From: the human T2T-CHM13v2.0 reference genome, Homo sapiens
Assembly (NCBI RefSeq): GCF_009914755.1
Contig: NC_060925.1
Strand: one strand, 5' to 3'
DNA length: 64,000 nucleotides
The notes beneath the pieces are model-generated. The model saw nothing but the letters and a program-made list of their open reading frames with translations. It was not told the DNA's origin and did no database searches. Below are positions 58,432 to 64,000 of the stretch, in pieces (position 1 is the first letter of the stretch; each line of letters opens with the position of its first letter). The position numbers and the translations under genes were made by a program.

Positions 58432-61400
58432 GTAAGTATGCAGTTTATATTTTTTTACACTTTGCCCAGCATTACTTGTTGATGCTGAAAGACTACACAT
58501 GTGAAAGAAGCATATGTTTATGGCCTACAAAACCATTATGTATGCAGAGCACTAACAGACTTGGGCCTCCAATTAACTTCATGAAGTGTGGAAGGAAGCC
58601 ATAGTGTGATGCTGGCCAAGTGTCTGTCTGTGTTCTTAAGTGTTTGGCTTTTAAGGCTAGTGTTTTTCCAGAAAACAAACTTGAATTAGCTATTCAATAC
58701 GGCTGATAGAAATCTGTACTTTTGCCCAATACCAGTTGCTGACAAATTGGTTTGGCTCACAGTTTTCTAAAGAAGGAATTGACTTCAGTTTTAATCGTGA
58801 GCTACTTGAATGGCTACCTGCTGTTGTAGTAAGTTTAGTGCTGGGTAAAAGCTACCATTGCAGTAACTGAGGCAAGTGCTTTACTTTTTGTTCTATTGTC
58901 TTTAAGGGAGCATTTCTTTATGGGATTCAGTGATGAAACCTTAATGCTAAATAAAATAGATATAATATAACCTTGCACATGGTTCTGTTTTTAATTTTGC
59001 AGCATCATTTTTAAGATCCTACAGATGGATATTTAAAATTCAATTGAAAAGTTTATAGGTAGGCTTCGGCCAGTAGTCAAATTTTGTATAGTTTTCCTTC
59101 TAATCTCAGAATTCGTACTTCAAAATTGTATTCTATACTTTCAGTTTTAAAAATCTTAGCATTTTAGACAACTTAAAAGTTTGAATATTACCTGATTTTC
59201 ACAAGCTAGTTTGATAGTATTGTTGTCTTCTTTGCTTTTTAAATTATAGAAAAGATAGAGATGTCATTTAGTCATGTTAGTTCATGGGCGTTTGAATTAT
59301 ATGTTTTTTATCAGCAATTTTGCTGATTTGAGACAGTTTTTGTACACTTTCCTCCTTTAAAAAAAAAGGATTTGCCAAATAATGAAACTGCTCTTTCCAG
59401 AACCTCAAAAGCTAGGTCATTAGTTCTGACAGATTTATATGTTCAAACTATCAATATTTCTAAAACCAAAGGGCCAAATTCTGATAGATCTGCTGTGTCC
59501 GATATGGTAGTAATACATTCTGACACATGCTGTGAAGGCACTCTCCATCTTTTCTCTGACACAGTTTTGACAAATTGGCTTTTTGTGTTATCAGTTAAAG
59601 GCCAAACACAGATTATCTTTTCATCCCTGCTCTGTGTTCATGTGTTACTGTGAAATGGATGCTTTTTATGTTTTCAGTATTTTCTGTACCATTTGTAGGA
59701 TTGGAAGCCTACTGAGTACACTGATCTTTATATCATTTCTCCTGTGTAGTGTTGGTGGCTTACGTAATCATTCTCCTGTGCCACTAGAGGAACATTGTAT
59801 TCTTTTGACCTAACCAAAATTTTGTTCCATAAAGTCACTTTCACTTGAATTTAGCATGGTTTCTGTCTTCAAATTAGAGAAGAAATACAGCATCCATTCC
59901 CAAACAGTGGAATCAGTCAGAGCTGCCAAGAATTATCTTTCTGGAGCCAGTTCCTGTAACCTAGTCTATAGACCAAGAACAGTGTTAAGCAAATATTATT
60001 TTCAGACTCATAAGCTATTTCTTGTGCTGTTTAAGAAAGGAAAATGTGGATATCTTCTGGAACATCTAACTTGCAAAATTTTACTTTTTCAGTTCCCCAG
60101 AAGTATTGTACGTTGTGCACTAAACTTGCAAATAGCTATACTCAGAGAAGTATTTGTTCCTTTTAGTTTTTGTCTTTTAATTTAAAAAAATCAGTAATTA
60201 ATTTGCTGTTACCTTTCTAGACATTTGCACGAGGCAGAAATAAGTCTATGGGTTTTTTTTAATCACTCTTTGCTAAAGAATAAAAGTAATTATAATTCCT
60301 ATATACTCTACAGTAGTGACACTCTATAAATTGCACGGTTTCAACTAATATTAAAATACAATGCAAAGAGCCTTCTTAGATTATTCTAATCCTATGTAGG
60401 ACAGTGTCTTCTCTTATCTCTTTTTCCCATTTTCCTCACCTTTTGTTTCTTTCTACCTCTGTCCATTGTATTCATTCCTTATACTTTCTTTTAGTTTAAG
60501 CCTTTAGCTTTCACTTTCTCCTTGATTTAGTAGTGTTTTTATGTTTTGTAACATTTGCATACCTCTTTTACACGTTACTTAGTTGATAAAATTGTCACCA
60601 TCAGATAACATTTATTATGTGTTTTTTACCACTTGGCTTTATACCAATTTCTATCCCCAGTAAATCCTCCAGGATCTTATATATTCCAATTAAGTCCTAT
60701 TATAAAGCAATTTAAGAAGGTTTTCAAGACTTCTGAAAATTTTAAAAGAAATTTGCTCAACAGAGAACATTAGAAATGCTGTTACTTTGTTTACTTTAGT
60801 ATGTTTATAAACAGGCGCATGCATTATATGTGATGCTTGTACTTTCCCAGTTAATATCCATGTCAAAAGTGTACATATACAGGGTATCCATTGTCATTGC
60901 CAGACTGTTAGGAATTGCATATATTTATATTTGAAAGAAGTCATAAAGATCTTGGAGGATAAAGCAGAGTAATCAGATTGGAATTTTGCATCCTGCAAGC
61001 AGGATTTGGTTTTGATTTTTGTACCTTATATTTCAAAGTATCATTGTAAAACTACTATAATATTAGCCACAAATTTTATTTAGTATGAAAAATAGCCATT
61101 ATTGATTAAATCATTATTAATGAATAAACATGTTTATTCAATGAAATAGTGTGTCACTTCACATACAGAGTATGTAGGCTGTGTAGTTAGTTTGGGTTAA
61201 TTTCTTGTCTTGCATATCCATGTAGTCCTCCACTGATGTTCGTGGGTCATATACTTGTATGTTTGGTCTAAAGAAAAGTAAATGTATTGTTAATTCATAC
61301 GGCTCTTAAGACAAGTTGTAGTATATATTTGGCATGTGATAGAGAATACTGATTATATTAATTTTATTGTATTTTTGTACTCTTCTACTGATAGAATTTT

Positions 61401-63552
61401 GGCTGGTTTCACAGATGTCTGTCCTTTTGATTTTCATAAATATAATAACGTAGGGACTTTTTTGTTGTAAAGAGCAATGTTTTCCTTATGTGATTCATTA
61501 ATCATCAAAGGTTTATAATATTTTAAATCTTTACTTTTGAGTGTTACTTACTTTTCAACAGAATTATAAAATATATACAATATATAATTTATACTTATTT
61601 TCCTTCAATATGTGATATCAATTAAATCTCAAGTAAATAAAGACTTTGATATTCTATTCCCTAACTACATTGTAATTTTAGTTTATCAAATAACAAAATT
61701 CAGCCATTTTCAATGAATGGAAAGCAAAATACACTTTCTACATCTTCTATTGAACTTGTTTTAAGTTCTTTTTTAAATAAACATTTTAAAATGTATTATT
61801 TCCATCCTTTACATTTAATTTATTTCAGTAAAATTATCCTTTCCTTAGGGGAAAAAAGCATACAGCTGTATATAAATTGTAGTTTGAGTAGTCACAACGC
61901 TAATGATTTCTCTTATCCTGATTTTCTCACTACGCCCTTCCGTTATTGATTCTAAGCAGGTATAATATTGCTCTTCGCTGAGGAGTAATTTTAGGACTAG
62001 TGGTTTATACAAAAGTATTGTTTTCAAGACAGTAATGTTGAATTTCTTGTTTTTCAGATGTAGTCAGAATAACACATTATAGAGCAAGTATGTTTCCTGA
62101 AAGTGGTTACATAGACCAAGTTGATTGGGGAAAGTTGTAGCTTAATGTGGAAAGTTGTATGCCATTCCTATGGCAAAAATGTTCGTGTGATGTTTTTTCC
62201 CATAAGTGTTTCAGAAGGCCAACATTTAATCTTGATGAATTATTGTAACTTTTAAAAATTAATCAAACTAAGATCTTAATAAAATGTGCACTACTCTGTC
62301 TGAGTACATTTTGGAAATGCAGTATTAGCACACCCTGATGCATTTTAACAACAGAAAAGGGAGAAACAGACATCAGTCTTGTCATTTTATGAAATTTAGG
62401 CAACATACTTCAAGCCTATATACAATGTAAAGTAGTATTTTATGGTTTGTAAGTATTAGAATACGGTTTACCAACAAGGATCTTACATAGCCCCCTTCCT
62501 AACTTCATAATCTGTTTCTTGAAACTGTAGGAGTTGTTTTTTTTTTTTCCTCATGTAACTCTACTAATCAGGTTTGTTTTATGAAAGCATTTACTTTTTA
62601 TAAGGTCTGTGGAGTCAAGGTATTTGCTCTGAATGCTCGGTATGATTGTTGTTGCATGCTAGCTTGCTTTCTATGTAAATTGATGATGGTAGAATTGTCA
62701 TAATAATCTAACCATAATTCTTTCTTCCTTTTTCTCCTTGCCTACTGTGCTTGCTTTTCCCTTGTATGTATTTTGCTTACTTTTTTTTATAGACTTAGTA
62801 TTACAAGTTTGAGATATATAATATAGAAAATTTAATAAGAATTTTATAATAAAATGTATATGTAAACCTAACTAAGTAAATATACTAATTCTTAGTGGGG
62901 GAGAAAGGTACTACCTTACCCTACTCTTCAAAATCACTACTGGTGATGGGGGGATATTGATATATTCCTAAAGAGGAGGCTTTTTTAATGGTTAAAATTA
63001 ATTTATCTAGGAATAGAAAATAATAGAAAAACAATTGAAACATACTGGGATGCATAATTATATATTTCTTCTTAGTAAATATCTATGAAAAACATGTAAC
63101 CACATCAGAATTAAATTTGATCTAAACTCCAAAATTAAGTTGTGATTTTTATAAATGTATTTTTCTATTGTTATGCTTATCTAAAGTTAGTTTAATAATT
63201 GAGTTCACATAAGATAAATGGGGATGATATACCTATGCATGCATTTATGTCTATAGCATACATATAGGAAGTAAAACTTGGTAAGAATGCTGAGTGACTT
63301 TGGAAAGGCAAGAGTATGTATACCATGCATTAGTGAAGAGTTTCATTATTTATTCAGGTACACTAAGTGAAGCAACATGCCAACATATTTGTATTGCCTC
63401 CTTAATCTCCTAAAATGATTGATCCATGTTCTTTTATGTAACTTTAGAATCTTTCTCCTGCTAGGTTTTCCTGTTGTGTGTTTCTCTTTATCCAAAGTAG
63501 TACAGCTCTTAATTCTTCCTATATTTAGCATCTGTTACGAATTCAGTCTTAG

Positions 63553-63630
63553 ACTAATAGTCAATTTATTTTAATCTTTTTTCTTTTTTCCTTGCACCTT
63601 TTTTATTTTTCTTCCTGATGCTTAAAATAG
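63553..63630 (+). promoter_or_regulatory. Microexon 3' splice-site module: branch point/ACTAAT, long polypyrimidine tract, TGC motif
   Basis: ACTAAT 63553-58; no AG from 63561 to 63628; TGC at 63619-21, about 10 nt before the AG. Confidence 0.7.
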
Positions 63631-63645
63631 AAGTGGAGCAAAAAG
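63631..63645 (+). CDS. ADGRL2: Alternatively spliced 'splice site A' microexon (15 nt KVEQK; 12 nt MEQK from 63634)
   Basis: tag|AAG|TGGAGCAAAAAG|gtaaat after a long pyrimidine tract. With the phase-1 A it gives AAA GTG GAG CAA AAA G = KVEQK(V), the latrophilin SSA insert. Not in the ORF track. Confidence 0.93.
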
Positions 63646-64000
63646 GTAAATAACATACAGTCTGAACCCCAGCTCCCTGTTATGTGCCTTATGGATGTTA
63701 ACCTCCTCCCTCCCCTCTCCCCACAACACTCCTGTATTAAAATAATCAGCAGGATCTCATAAATGCCACCTCATAAGGAAGTCAACTGTTTACAATGAAA
63801 TTGTATGACTGCTAAACCTGGTGATGGGGTAAAAATTCTGAAGTCGGCGAGGGGGATCTGCCCTTTCTCTGTTTCTTTTTTACCCTTTATCTCTTTTTCT
63901 GACACCCTTGGATATTTTCTTATAATTAAAGTGTCATCTTGCCTGGCTTCCAGAACCCTCTCCATAGCATGCCATGGTTACAGGGTCTCCTGATTGTTTC

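Overview
AT-rich, CpG-poor primate genomic DNA (human or great ape, judging by AluY/S/J content). It lies entirely inside the adhesion-GPCR gene ADGRL2 (latrophilin-2/LPHN2) on the + strand. Only about 340 nt are coding: two exons of the N-terminal rhamnose-binding (SUEL/RBL) lectin domain (28613-28826, 58322-58431) and the 15/12-nt 'splice site A' microexon (63631/63634-63645; KVEQK/MEQK) in the lectin-olfactomedin linker. The rest is intron with about 18 Alus or Alu monomers, an ERV1 solo LTR, MER4, MST and LTR16 LTRs, Tigger1/Tigger3/MER5A/MER58 DNA-transposon fossils, L1/L2/MIR relics and microsatellites. Nearly all ORFs in the supplied track are spurious (Alu, microsatellite or low-complexity). 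I see no new multi-gene system. The most interesting signals are splicing-level and cluster in the 5.2-kb intron before the microexon: a candidate in-frame 30-nt microexon (62058-62087), an orphan 3' splice site with a ~98-nt AG-free zone that could open a short terminal exon (62793), and an intronic read-through plus poly(A) site. The last two could give soluble lectin-only isoforms. All of these are hypotheses from sequence alone. Repeat subfamily names are from memory of consensus sequences, and most repeat boundaries are approximate.
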